Source: an uncultured virus (IMG/VR IMGVR_UViG_3300021963_000091)
Lineage: Duplodnaviria > Heunggongvirae > Uroviricota > Caudoviricetes
IMG/VR virus record: IMGVR_UViG_3300021963_000091
Length of the DNA stretch: 20,000 nt
Direction: 5' to 3' (one strand)
Position numbers and translations under genes: made by a program. The notes under the pieces were generated by a model. It worked only from the letters and a program-made list of their open reading frames with translations. It ran no database searches and was not told the origin of the DNA. Below, one piece after another: positions 1 to 7,973 of the stretch. How positions within the stretch are numbered: position 1 is the first letter of the stretch; each line of letters starts with the position of its first letter.

Positions 1-2
1 TA

Positions 3-317
3 CAAGGGTTCGCAATAAACGCGCAAGATATTATAGATAAAATACCCGGTGGACCGTCGCCGGGTATTTTATCTGAATCTGTACCCGCAACAGAAGTTGA
101 ACTACCTACGATTCAAGTTGTTACGATGCAACCGCATGTGGTACCTTTAGTATCTAAAGATCAACTCGAATTTGATTTTAGATACGATGTAGCTAAGGAC
201 ATAGCTGAGCAACTTAATAGGCTAAATGCACGCTTTGATAAGTTTGAAGCGACTCTTAACGCGATTGAAAGATATGTAGCTGACGGCAAATCTGTAAATC
301 CGCAAAAAAAAACCTGA
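3..317 (+). CDS. Hypothetical phage protein, 5'-partial (frame open from the window edge); contains QLEFDF and a short coiled coil
   Basis: The frame of ORF 126..317 has no stop back to position 3 (QGFAINAQDIIDKIPGG...), so the true start is probably upstream of the window. Confidence 0.7.
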   Translation, partial: QGFAINAQDIIDKIPGGPSPGILSESVPATEVELPTIQVVTMQPHVVPLVSKDQLEFDFRYDVAKDIAEQLNRLNARFDKFEATLNAIERYVADGKSVNPQKKT

Positions 318-345
318 TACAGCGACTGATTAATGCACTAAGTTA

Positions 346-1086
346 ATGGAATTAAACATTACAAATAGCTCCGAGTTTGTAAACGGATTTATAGGCGGTT
401 TAGCTAGGATAAGTGATACAGGAATTATCAAATTATCTAATAAGAAGTTTAGCTGCATTACCGCGACTTCAGATAATACGATAGTTGTAAATAGCGAGTA
501 TATAGACGATACTATACCCGAGGGGTTGAATCTAACACTCAATATACCTGATTTCAAGAAATTACAGAAATTGCTGTCAATATTACCAAGTAATTTTGTT
601 TTAAATATTGATAGTAATAGTATCGGGTATAACTCAGAGGGTACTCGATTTAAGTTTCATCTATACGAAGAGGGTATCATCAGTTCACCTGCACTAAATA
701 TAGGTAAAATTAATAGTATACCCTTCGATTATAAATTTCATGTGTTAACCGAAGATATAAGATGGTTAATGAAGAGTAGCTTTTTACTTCCCGACATTAC
801 CAAGGTCTACTTTAACTTTACAGATACTAGAGTTCACGGCGAAATCACGGATAAGTCAAGACATAACGTAGACTCCTATACGAAGTTATTATGCAATAAC
901 GCTGAGGTTATTGGTGAGCTTATTACCCGATCAGTGCCTATTAACATTGAGATTCTGAGACTATTAACTGCAGTCTCATACGAGAACCTCCTTGTACGAT
1001 ATTCAAAAAATCTAAGTATCTTGACTTTTGATATTAAGCAGACTAACTTACATATGAAGTATATTGTCTCAGGACTTATTAACTAA
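346..1086 (+). CDS. DNA polymerase sliding clamp, T4 gp45-like
   Basis: 246 aa. LNIPDFKKLQKLLSIL parallels gp45 AIYDLNGFLGILSLV, EDIRWLMKSS parallels EDLQQLLRVS, and C-terminal KYIVS parallels NYVVA. It lies in a replication cluster with a primase. Confidence 0.72.
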   Translation: MELNITNSSEFVNGFIGGLARISDTGIIKLSNKKFSCITATSDNTIVVNSEYIDDTIPEGLNLTLNIPDFKKLQKLLSILPSNFVLNIDSNSIGYNSEGTRFKFHLYEEGIISSPALNIGKINSIPFDYKFHVLTEDIRWLMKSSFLLPDITKVYFNFTDTRVHGEITDKSRHNVDSYTKLLCNNAEVIGELITRSVPINIEILRLLTAVSYENLLVRYSKNLSILTFDIKQTNLHMKYIVSGLIN

Positions 1087-1087
1087 T

Positions 1088-1600
1088 ATGAGCAGTAGAT
1101 GTAAAAATAAGATCCGCACTCCTGGTTATTTTGTAAAACGGATGAGGGATAGCGGATTTGTTGTGTTAAAAATTTTTAGAGAGTATGCCAAGCACGATTC
1201 ACGTGCTTGGACTATACTCGTTAATCCTGGTGGAGCGTCTGTATATATAACTTGTTACTTTAATAGAGAGAATAATAAGGATATCGAGTTCGAACTGAAT
1301 GACGGTGGGTTTAATATACCAAAGAACTTTTTTATTAAAACAGATTCGATTGAAGTCATTACAGAGTATCTTGTCAATAATGGGATATCTAATAAGGATA
1401 ATTGGGCGCTTAAGGGTAAATTTATACGGCCCGGCTTAAGTAATTTAAATGGATACCAATCGAGACAACCAGCAGCCGGCGGGTGGCAACACGGATCCGT
1501 TAATGAGCAAGTCGGCTCACAAGAAGCAGCAGGCGGAGATACGGAAGCTCATCAAAGAGGTTCAGACCGAAAAGAGATCGAGACCTACGAAGCAGATTAA
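1088..1600 (+). CDS. Hypothetical phage protein (KNKIRTPGYFVKRMRDSGF N-terminus); low-complexity C-terminal tail overlaps the next gene
   Basis: ATG at 1088 lies 1 nt after the clamp stop (preferred over the 1064 start). Globular-looking for about 120 aa, then polar sequence. Confidence 0.7.
   Translation: MSSRCKNKIRTPGYFVKRMRDSGFVVLKIFREYAKHDSRAWTILVNPGGASVYITCYFNRENNKDIEFELNDGGFNIPKNFFIKTDSIEVITEYLVNNGISNKDNWALKGKFIRPGLSNLNGYQSRQPAAGGWQHGSVNEQVGSQEAAGGDTEAHQRGSDRKEIETYEAD
1437..1442 (+). promoter_or_regulatory. Putative T4-type late promoter box (TAAGTA)
   Basis: 6 nt upstream of ATG 1449; same motif and spacing as in front of the structural genes. Confidence 0.55.
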
Positions 1601-1805
1601 TACAGAGGACGATTTGCATCGTTTAGCGAGCGTGATGTCGGAGTACCTAGAATCATATATTTTACTAGGATATGATATGGACGGTAATGCAATTCGTATA
1701 TGCTTAGCTAGAAACCAGCAGAGTGCCGACGGTCTAACCACTCTTCTTACCAATGCTGCAATGCCGACGGGTGGTAGTAATATTAACAGTGATGATGAGA
1801 GTTGA
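1449..1805 (+). CDS. Hypothetical protein, probably late-expressed
   Basis: 118 aa with a structured core (LASVMSEYLESYILLGYDMDG...ADGLTTLL) and its own TAAGTA box. Confidence 0.7.
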   Translation: MDTNRDNQQPAGGNTDPLMSKSAHKKQQAEIRKLIKEVQTEKRSRPTKQINTEDDLHRLASVMSEYLESYILLGYDMDGNAIRICLARNQQSADGLTTLLTNAAMPTGGSNINSDDES

Positions 1806-1829
1806 ATCAGGTAGATATATCGCTAAATT
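1802..1829 (+). promoter_or_regulatory. Possible sigma70-type promoter (TTGAAT-16-TAAATT)
   Basis: The -10 box ends 6 nt before ATG 1836. The AT-rich context makes a chance match possible. Confidence 0.3.
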
Positions 1830-1835
1830 GTAGTA

Positions 1836-2732
1836 ATGTCTATTGCTTGTCTTATTCTTGGTAAAGGTTACATCGGTAACCATCTTCAGAGTTACCTATC
1901 TACTCTCTGCTCTATAGAGACTGTACAAATAGTTAATAAGTTAAAATTTGACTACACTGATCAAGACCACCTTTTTAAAAGACTTACAGAGCTAAAGATG
2001 TCTCACGACGAGGTGGTGATTATAAATTGCGTAGGATATACCGGTAAACCTAACGTAGATGCATGCGAGAGAGATGAAAATAAGCCAGATTGTTGGAACT
2101 TAAATGCAATATTACCGGCTAAGTTAGCTCTTACTGCTAAACGTGCAGACTGTAAATTTATTCATATTTCTAGTGGATGCATTTACGATAGCTACGATAA
2201 ATGTTACACTGAAGAAGATGTACCTAACTTCGGGCTCTATAGTAATAAGAGCAGCTTCTACTCAAAATCTAAGCATGCTGCAGAAGAGAGTATAAAGGCT
2301 ATAGATTACGGTGTAATTTTTAGAATTAGAATGCCGTTTTGTAGCGATCTAAGTAACGTAAGGAACACTCTGTTTAAATTAGCGAAGTATACTCGTCTCA
2401 TCTCTCATGAGAATTCAATGACTAGTGTACACGACTTAACGGTATTTATTGGTAAATTTATTGCTAATAATTATTTTGTAAAGCCCTTTGATATCTATAA
2501 CGTCGTAAACGAAGGTATTGTAACGAATAAGGTGATTATAACAATCTTTAAGAAATATGGTATAGATAGTAAGTGGTTATTTGTCGACGACACCGAGTTG
2601 AAAATGACAGCTAATAGGTCTAATACTGTTATAAGTACGGATAAGATTAGATCTATTGGATTTCAGCTACCTGAAGTAATGGGGTCAATTCAAGCCTGTA
2701 TACGTGATCAGCGTGTCTATCGCAATGAATAG
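1836..2732 (+). CDS. NDP-4-keto-6-deoxyglucose 3,5-epimerase/4-reductase (NRS/ER-UGER type; RmlD-like extended SDR)
   Basis: Rossmann GKGYIG; YTGKPNVDACE (NRS/ER: TGRPNVDWCE); SSGCIY; PNF; catalytic SFYSKSK (YxxxK); RIRMP; NSMT. Confidence 0.85.
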   Translation: MSIACLILGKGYIGNHLQSYLSTLCSIETVQIVNKLKFDYTDQDHLFKRLTELKMSHDEVVIINCVGYTGKPNVDACERDENKPDCWNLNAILPAKLALTAKRADCKFIHISSGCIYDSYDKCYTEEDVPNFGLYSNKSSFYSKSKHAAEESIKAIDYGVIFRIRMPFCSDLSNVRNTLFKLAKYTRLISHENSMTSVHDLTVFIGKFIANNYFVKPFDIYNVVNEGIVTNKVIITIFKKYGIDSKWLFVDDTELKMTANRSNTVISTDKIRSIGFQLPEVMGSIQACIRDQRVYRNE

Positions 2733-3519
2733 AAAAGGTATTATTCTTGCAGGCGGCAGAGGTAAACGTCTTTATCCTCTAACTAGAGGAACTAGTAAAC
2801 AGCTTTTGCCAGTTTATGATAAACCATTAATTTATTACCCTATATCTACTCTCATAGATTGTGGTATTACCGAGATTGCAATAATTGTCGCTAAGGGAGA
2901 GACTGAGAGATTTAAGAAAGTTCTTGGTGACGGCTCACAGTGGGGCTTACAGTTCACATACTTCATACAGAGTGCACCTCGGGGGATCGCAGAGGCGTTT
3001 ATCATTACTGAAAAATGGCTAGGCAAGAGTGATGTAGTGCTAGCTCTAGGTGATAATATATTTCATGGTACCGCGTTCAAAAATCAGCTAACATCTATTC
3101 ATGAATCCAAAGATAGTCTGAATCTTATATTTGGCTACCAGGTAGGTAACCCGTCTGAGTATGGCGTTGTAGAGTTTGACAGCAAACTAAAAGTAAAGCG
3201 TATTGTCGAAAAGCCAACTGAGTTTGTATCGATGTATGCAGTACCGGGGCTATATTTTTACGATAACTCGTGTATTAACAAAGCGAAATCCTTAACTCCC
3301 TCACCGCGCGGTGAACTCGAAATTACAGATATAAACAATCTATATATAAAAGAGGGTAAGTTAGAGGTTAGGCTACTTGACCCCGGTACCGCATGGCTGG
3401 ATACCGGGACTGCAGATAGTTTATTAGATGCAGCAGAGTTTGTGAGGGTAATGCAGCGTAGAACAGGTGTCAGTGTATGTGACCCATCCAGGTCTACTGC
3501 AAATAAGGAGTTTAAATGA
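2725..3519 (+). CDS. rmlA: Glucose-1-phosphate thymidylyltransferase RmlA/RfbA, C-terminally shortened
   Basis: KGIILAGGRGKRLYPLT, SKQLLPVYDKPLIYYP, LGDGSQWG, LGDNIF, YGVVEFD, EKP, PSPRGELEITDIN, WLDTGT. ATG 2725 gives the canonical N-terminus and overlaps the upstream gene end. Confidence 0.95.
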   Translation: MNRKGIILAGGRGKRLYPLTRGTSKQLLPVYDKPLIYYPISTLIDCGITEIAIIVAKGETERFKKVLGDGSQWGLQFTYFIQSAPRGIAEAFIITEKWLGKSDVVLALGDNIFHGTAFKNQLTSIHESKDSLNLIFGYQVGNPSEYGVVEFDSKLKVKRIVEKPTEFVSMYAVPGLYFYDNSCINKAKSLTPSPRGELEITDINNLYIKEGKLEVRLLDPGTAWLDTGTADSLLDAAEFVRVMQRRTGVSVCDPSRSTANKEFK

Positions 3520-3770
3520 TACCTCAATTACGACAATCTTTTGCGGTAAAGCGTGGTAGGTATGCTGGTGAGATAATGATTTTTATAGAAAAAACAAATT
3601 ACCAGTATACTTTTCTAAGTATACCGGTAATGAAAAATAGATATATACCTACTGATAAATTCGAATCAGGGTGGCAGAACGGTATAATTGAATTTGTCGA
3701 GGTAATACCTGCCGATGTCTATAAAACGGTAATTTTACAGTTTAAAAGGAATTGTACGGAGATTAAGTAA
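3516..3770 (+). CDS. Hypothetical protein (84 aa)
   Basis: ATGA overlap with the rmlA stop; fills the intergenic gap. Confidence 0.7.
   Translation: MIPQLRQSFAVKRGRYAGEIMIFIEKTNYQYTFLSIPVMKNRYIPTDKFESGWQNGIIEFVEVIPADVYKTVILQFKRNCTEIK
3764..3769 (+). promoter_or_regulatory. Putative late promoter box (TAAGTA)
   Basis: ATTAAGTA ends 6 nt before ATG 3776. Confidence 0.55.
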
Positions 3771-3775
3771 TTAAA

Positions 3776-3973
3776 ATGTATACGTCCCCAAAGATCATCA
3801 CATCGCCGATTAGCGGCCAACCGGTAAAACCGCTGATAAAATCATATATCACTGGTAATAAAGAGATTACTGAAGCACACTACATTGATCCCGCATCAGG
3901 TGCCTTTATTAGAAAAGGTATCATTTCGGTAAAAGATCTCAAGACCGGTCAAATGGTTGATACCAGTATCTAA
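3776..3973 (+). CDS. Small hypothetical protein (65 aa), probably late
   Basis: Beta-rich-looking sequence (ITSPISGQPVKP...HYIDPASGAFIRKG) with its own late box. Confidence 0.7.
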   Translation: MYTSPKIITSPISGQPVKPLIKSYITGNKEITEAHYIDPASGAFIRKGIISVKDLKTGQMVDTSI

Positions 3974-3985
3974 ATCACCTATCTT
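3957..3985 (+). promoter_or_regulatory. Putative sigma70-type promoter for primase (TTGATA-17-TATCTT)
   Basis: -35 at 3957-3962, 17-nt spacer, -10 at 3980-3985, ending 5 nt before GTG 3991. Confidence 0.45.
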
Positions 3986-3990
3986 AATTG

Positions 3991-5019
3991 GTGATACCGG
4001 TTGACTACACCGTAGAAAAATTTTATGAATTCAATGGCGGAGTCAAGTACTCTCGTTACTTGAATAACTATCAGGGCTCGTGTTATATTTGTAAAGAAGG
4101 CCTCTCCTGGTTAAAGAAAAAGCGTTGCTACTACCTCGTTGAAAAGAACTACATATGCTGCCATAATTGCGGCTGGCGGGGATCAAGCACCAACTGGTTA
4201 ATTGAAGTTACCGGTAAAACATTTAAGGAATTGCTAATTGACTCGAATGAGCATGATAAGCTGCCTGCCTCGTTTAAGACAGAGGAACCCCAAAAGCGAG
4301 TAAACATAGAAATACTCCCTAAGGATAGTATAAATCTACTCGATAAAAAGCAGGTAGAATTTTATATTAAAGAGCAATCGGTTATAGATGCTTTAAAAAT
4401 AATTAGTAAGAGAAGGATAATACATGCGGTGAATCGCCCGCGAAGTTTGTGGTTGAGTCTCACGGATTTTGTACATAAAAACCGTTTAGTAATTCCATTC
4501 TATAATAGAAACAAGGAGATTATTTTTTATCAGACACGGTCGATATACCCCGACGATACTAAGCCGAAATATCTTGGAAAGGTTAATTGCCCTAAGTCAC
4601 TGTACGGTATCGATTCAATAGACAGTAATACTGATAATATCTTAATCTTCGAGGGACCTATTAATTCCTTTTTTACCAAAAACGGAGTAGCTGTTTGCGG
4701 TATTCAGGAAAATAGTCACGAACACTTAACAGCACTTCAAACCGAGCAGCTAAGAGCATTCCCCCTACATAAGAGGATATGGGTACTAGATTCTCAGTGG
4801 CTTGATAAAGCCTCTAATACTAAAACGAGTATTCTTATAAATCAAGGAGAGCAGGTCTTTATATGGCCTAGAGAGTTTGGCGAAAAATATAAAGACTTTA
4901 ACGATATAATTATAGATCAAAAAAAGAACGAAATTGAAATTGATTTCGTCCTTTCTAATACCAGCTCAGGGCTAAAAGCTAAGATGCTTTTAGGCAATAT
5001 TAAGTGTTCGAAGAAATGA
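3991..5019 (+). CDS. DNA primase, T4 gp61-like
   Basis: N-terminal Zn ribbon (CYICKEG...CHNCG); RLVIPFYN, YQTRS, KPKYL; TOPRIM FEGPIN and VLDSQWLD; KDFND. Start is GTG 3991 or TTG 3988. Confidence 0.92.
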   Translation: MIPVDYTVEKFYEFNGGVKYSRYLNNYQGSCYICKEGLSWLKKKRCYYLVEKNYICCHNCGWRGSSTNWLIEVTGKTFKELLIDSNEHDKLPASFKTEEPQKRVNIEILPKDSINLLDKKQVEFYIKEQSVIDALKIISKRRIIHAVNRPRSLWLSLTDFVHKNRLVIPFYNRNKEIIFYQTRSIYPDDTKPKYLGKVNCPKSLYGIDSIDSNTDNILIFEGPINSFFTKNGVAVCGIQENSHEHLTALQTEQLRAFPLHKRIWVLDSQWLDKASNTKTSILINQGEQVFIWPREFGEKYKDFNDIIIDQKKNEIEIDFVLSNTSSGLKAKMLLGNIKCSKK

Positions 5020-5410
5020 GATAACCCTTTAGCGACTCGGATAGAGCGCTAAGTTCTGCAGCCAATCTAGATATTTTCTTTTTCTCACTTCGTGCAATAT
5101 CGTCAAACATCGTATCGCATTGCGCGGAGTGCAACTTGCTCTGCATAGATGTAGGCTTAGGCGCGTTTAGCATTTCAATAAAATTATCAATCTGAGATAT
5201 CCAATTCTTAAGTTCTTGTACCTGCTGTTGCTTTTCGACGTCAGCTCTGGGCGCAGGTGCAGGAACATCGTAGTCGGTTGGTGTAGCACCTTTGTCTAAC
5301 GTGCTAGCCATTGCAGCACGTTCATCTTCAGGAGATGCGTCAACGATCGGGTTAGGAGTTGGCTCATTTTCCTGCTCGAGTAACGTAACAAATCGGTTTC
5401 GGAATCTCAT
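5000..5410 (-). CDS. Hypothetical helical protein, late; candidate head-internal protein
   Basis: 136 aa; TAAGTA box 9 nt upstream; N-terminus ends in LLE; 20-nt convergent overlap with primase. Confidence 0.75.
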   Translation of the reverse strand: MRFRNRFVTLLEQENEPTPNPIVDASPEDERAAMASTLDKGATPTDYDVPAPAPRADVEKQQQVQELKNWISQIDNFIEMLNAPKPTSMQSKLHSAQCDTMFDDIARSEKKKISRLAAELSALSESLKGYLISSNT

Positions 5411-5415
5411 AATTT

Positions 5416-5454
5416 TAATTACTTATTCTTTTATATTCGAAGAATAAGTAATTA
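5416..5454. promoter_or_regulatory. Perfect 15-bp inverted repeat containing two divergent late promoter boxes
   Basis: TAATTACTTATTCTT (5416-5430), 9-nt spacer, AAGAATAAGTAATTA (5440-5454). Each arm holds AATAAGTA pointing outward to a start codon. Confidence 0.75.
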
Positions 5455-5455
5455 T

Positions 5456-5827
5456 GTGAAAAAGAGTATTGTTTTCGAAGATGCAACAATGGCTACCAGT
5501 AGATGGGTGGAAGGCCCAGGATTTAGCAGTCAGAGCGCGATGCCTACTAGCCTAGGTAAATTACTTGGCGTATCTGGCGAAACAGACCAATTTCCTAATA
5601 ATGTAAAGCAGACAAAATCTCTACACCCGCTGCTCGTCAGCGTACCTGCGTCGATAGGTGATGCAATACTATCATTAGCTAACATTAGACATAGCCTAGA
5701 TAATGCTCTTAGGTCAAATTTAGCTAGATCTGAGGAAGATAAAAACAAATTAATTAGAGCTCGTCGACAAATTACCGCAACCACTAATCACCTCAAATTC
5801 GCCACACGAATAATCGGCGATATCTAG
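5456..5827 (+). CDS. Hypothetical protein, late (GTG start)
   Basis: 123 aa with a helical C-terminal half; TAAGTA ends 5 nt before the GTG. Confidence 0.7.
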   Translation: MKKSIVFEDATMATSRWVEGPGFSSQSAMPTSLGKLLGVSGETDQFPNNVKQTKSLHPLLVSVPASIGDAILSLANIRHSLDNALRSNLARSEEDKNKLIRARRQITATTNHLKFATRIIGDI

Positions 5828-5860
5828 TTGTTTTTATCGGATTAGACCATATTATGATAT

Positions 5861-6292
5861 ATGGTTAAAAAGGTATCCGTATCTATATCAATCCTCTGCT
5901 CAATATCAGCAGTGTTAGCATATCTTTGCTTTGACGGTCAAACAGCGCAAAATTTTGCGAAATGGTTTTTATTATTTTTTCTCAGTCAAGTAATATTACA
6001 CTTTAGCGTAACCTACGCAGTTGAGCTTTCTGCCTTAAAAAGAGTACGTCAACAAGAAATTGAACTAGCTATTGCAAGTGCATTAACGACGGCGAATCTG
6101 ACCTGTCCTTGTGGAGTCGCTAACGTTGAGACTGTTAATATAGTAATGGGTAGAGAAAATAGTTATAAATGCATTAAGTGTAATAAGATTATAAACGCTA
6201 ACATTAAAGTTAGTACTACCCTAAAAACGCAACCCGTAGATGCGGGGATAATAACTAATTTTAATATCCAGACGGATGGAACCGTTAATTAG
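5861..6292 (+). CDS. Membrane protein with two predicted TM helices and a C-terminal Cys4 motif (CPC...CIKC)
   Basis: Hydrophobic stretches at about residues 5-24 and 36-56; LTCPCG and YKCIKCNK. Confidence 0.75.
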   Translation: MVKKVSVSISILCSISAVLAYLCFDGQTAQNFAKWFLLFFLSQVILHFSVTYAVELSALKRVRQQEIELAIASALTTANLTCPCGVANVETVNIVMGRENSYKCIKCNKIINANIKVSTTLKTQPVDAGIITNFNIQTDGTVN

Positions 6293-6640
6293 ATGAACGA
6301 TCAAATTGAAACTTACTTTAAGCGATATGCTTCGAAAGAGCAATATAATGCTTGGTTTTTAGGGAGTACCTTTGCTCGGGGTAAGCATACAAATAACGAG
6401 GAAGTACTTCGATCTATAATGAAGAGTTATAATGTATTTGCTTCTCAACAAATACGTACCGCTAATGTATCCGAAGAGATCCGATCATTTGAGTTACAGA
6501 AACTTCAACTTGTTACAAATTTATTTGATAATGTATGTTCGTGTCTTTCCACCGGAAGTCAGCACAGTAATAATAACGATTTCGTATTTTTTCTAATTGG
6601 ATATGTCGATAATCTCTCAAAAGAATATATTACAACCTAG
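6293..6640 (+). CDS. Hypothetical protein (115 aa)
   Basis: ATG immediately follows the upstream stop. Confidence 0.65.
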   Translation: MNDQIETYFKRYASKEQYNAWFLGSTFARGKHTNNEEVLRSIMKSYNVFASQQIRTANVSEEIRSFELQKLQLVTNLFDNVCSCLSTGSQHSNNNDFVFFLIGYVDNLSKEYITT

Positions 6641-6863
6641 TACTCAAAGTCAGCAGATAGACAGGGGTGTTGATGAATATATAAGATGGCTGTGCCTGTG
6701 TGATGCTGTTAACGTTATATCTAATAAGGCGTTATCGCTTAATGTAGACGCAGATAAATACGTATCGAGAAAATCAAGCAATATTAAACGATATATCGAT
6801 GAAGTATTTCCATCTGCGCGCGCGAACTTTATATTAGGTAATAAAATACAGTTCGATCAGTAA
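6603..6863 (+). CDS. Hypothetical protein (about 86 aa)
   Basis: ATG 6603 (TTG 6597 is an alternative); fills the space up to the convergent neck gene. Confidence 0.6.
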   Translation: MSIISQKNILQPSTQSQQIDRGVDEYIRWLCLCDAVNVISNKALSLNVDADKYVSRKSSNIKRYIDEVFPSARANFILGNKIQFDQ

Positions 6864-7582
6864 CCGCCATACACGCTGTCGAATCCTGGAGATTGGCTGT
6901 AGTTGAATATAGCTTGACCTTCTGTATTAACATCATAGGCGTATGGTTTCTCAGCACCAGATACTCCTGGTGCAACTGTATCATCAAATACTTGATCGTT
7001 ACCTGTCTCGCCACTTAGTCCCAGCTCAAAACTATATTCATATCTCTTACCTTTTAATAACCATACGTAATGACCCGCGAGCGGGTTAATCTGTGCAATA
7101 TCTTGATCCTGCCGTTGGGTAACTTCGTAGAAATTTGGCCCTCTATCGCCGGGTCTATCGTCGCCATATTCATATAAACTAAAAATATCTCCTGATTTAG
7201 GTTCAGCATTAGCACCAAATATCTCGCGATAAGACTCCATATGAACAAATGCGGTTATCTCGTCATCACTTACAAGACCGTATTTACTTAACAATAATGC
7301 ATTTTCATTAAGATTAATGCCGAAGATAATCGATGATGGTGCCTGGTATATACTGGCAGGCTGTTCACCGTAAAGGGCATCTGCAGAAGCTAAGTTAAAC
7401 GTACTAACATAGTAGTTAACCTGCTGGCCGTATAGTTGAATATGCTCTCTCCAATAATTATTAAACAGACTGATATCACAATCAATCGATTGCTTGTCTG
7501 TGAATCTAAAGCAACTATTTACCGGGTTAGATATCGGGTAATACTTTAGCTCGGTTGAGCCTTTATAATAATTATTAGACAT
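6857..7582 (-). CDS. Neck / head-completion protein, T4 gp14-like
   Basis: EHIQLYGQQVNYY, DALYGE, LLSKYGLVSDDEITAFV, EPKSGDIF and FYEVT match the gp14 pattern; 241 aa; TAATG overlap with the upstream gene. Confidence 0.8.
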   Translation of the reverse strand: MSNNYYKGSTELKYYPISNPVNSCFRFTDKQSIDCDISLFNNYWREHIQLYGQQVNYYVSTFNLASADALYGEQPASIYQAPSSIIFGINLNENALLLSKYGLVSDDEITAFVHMESYREIFGANAEPKSGDIFSLYEYGDDRPGDRGPNFYEVTQRQDQDIAQINPLAGHYVWLLKGKRYEYSFELGLSGETGNDQVFDDTVAPGVSGAEKPYAYDVNTEGQAIFNYSQSPGFDSVYGGY

Positions 7583-7899
7583 TATCTAAATAGTATAAAA
7601 CGGTTGCCTCTTCTTTGTAGTCTTAACCCCGTATTGCCTAATTTTACGATCTTGTCGATATGCGACTTAAATCCAAATTTTTTCCTTAATTCGCTCATAT
7701 CCTTAGGCAGCAAAATTTCAAACCTTGATCTACCATCCTTAACATTCAGATACTTAACATTATCATGCTTAACTTGATGTGACTTCGGTACAAAGTCAGT
7801 AGATTTTCTATTTATAGGCTGATAATCAAAAGCTTTCATATGTCTCGGCTTTGAAGTAGGGGTTTTACCTGCTTTAAAAAAATCATTAAAACTCTGCAT
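7582..7899 (-). CDS. Small basic late protein; N-terminus MQSFNDFF resembles T4 capsid-targeting sequences
   Basis: 105 aa, Lys/Arg-rich; TAAATA box 5 nt upstream. Confidence 0.7.
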   Translation of the reverse strand: MQSFNDFFKAGKTPTSKPRHMKAFDYQPINRKSTDFVPKSHQVKHDNVKYLNVKDGRSRFEILLPKDMSELRKKFGFKSHIDKIVKLGNTGLRLQRRGNRFILFR

Positions 7900-7904
7900 A
7901 CAAA

Positions 7905-7910
7905 TATTTA
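7905..7910 (-). promoter_or_regulatory. Putative late promoter box (TAAATA)
   Basis: Minus strand reads ATTAAATA-TTTGT-ATG, directly after the terminator U-tract. Confidence 0.6.
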
Positions 7911-7912
7911 AT

Positions 7913-7948
7913 AAAAAGCCCCTTGCTGGTTTAACAACAAGGGGCTTT
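7913..7948 (-). terminator. Rho-independent terminator of the 7974..8864 gene
   Basis: Minus strand AAAGCCCCTTGTTG-TTAAAC-CAGCAAGGGGCTTTTT: GC-rich stem with one G-U pair and a U-tract. Confidence 0.85.
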
Positions 7949-7973
7949 AAAACTGCATCGCACTACTATTGAA

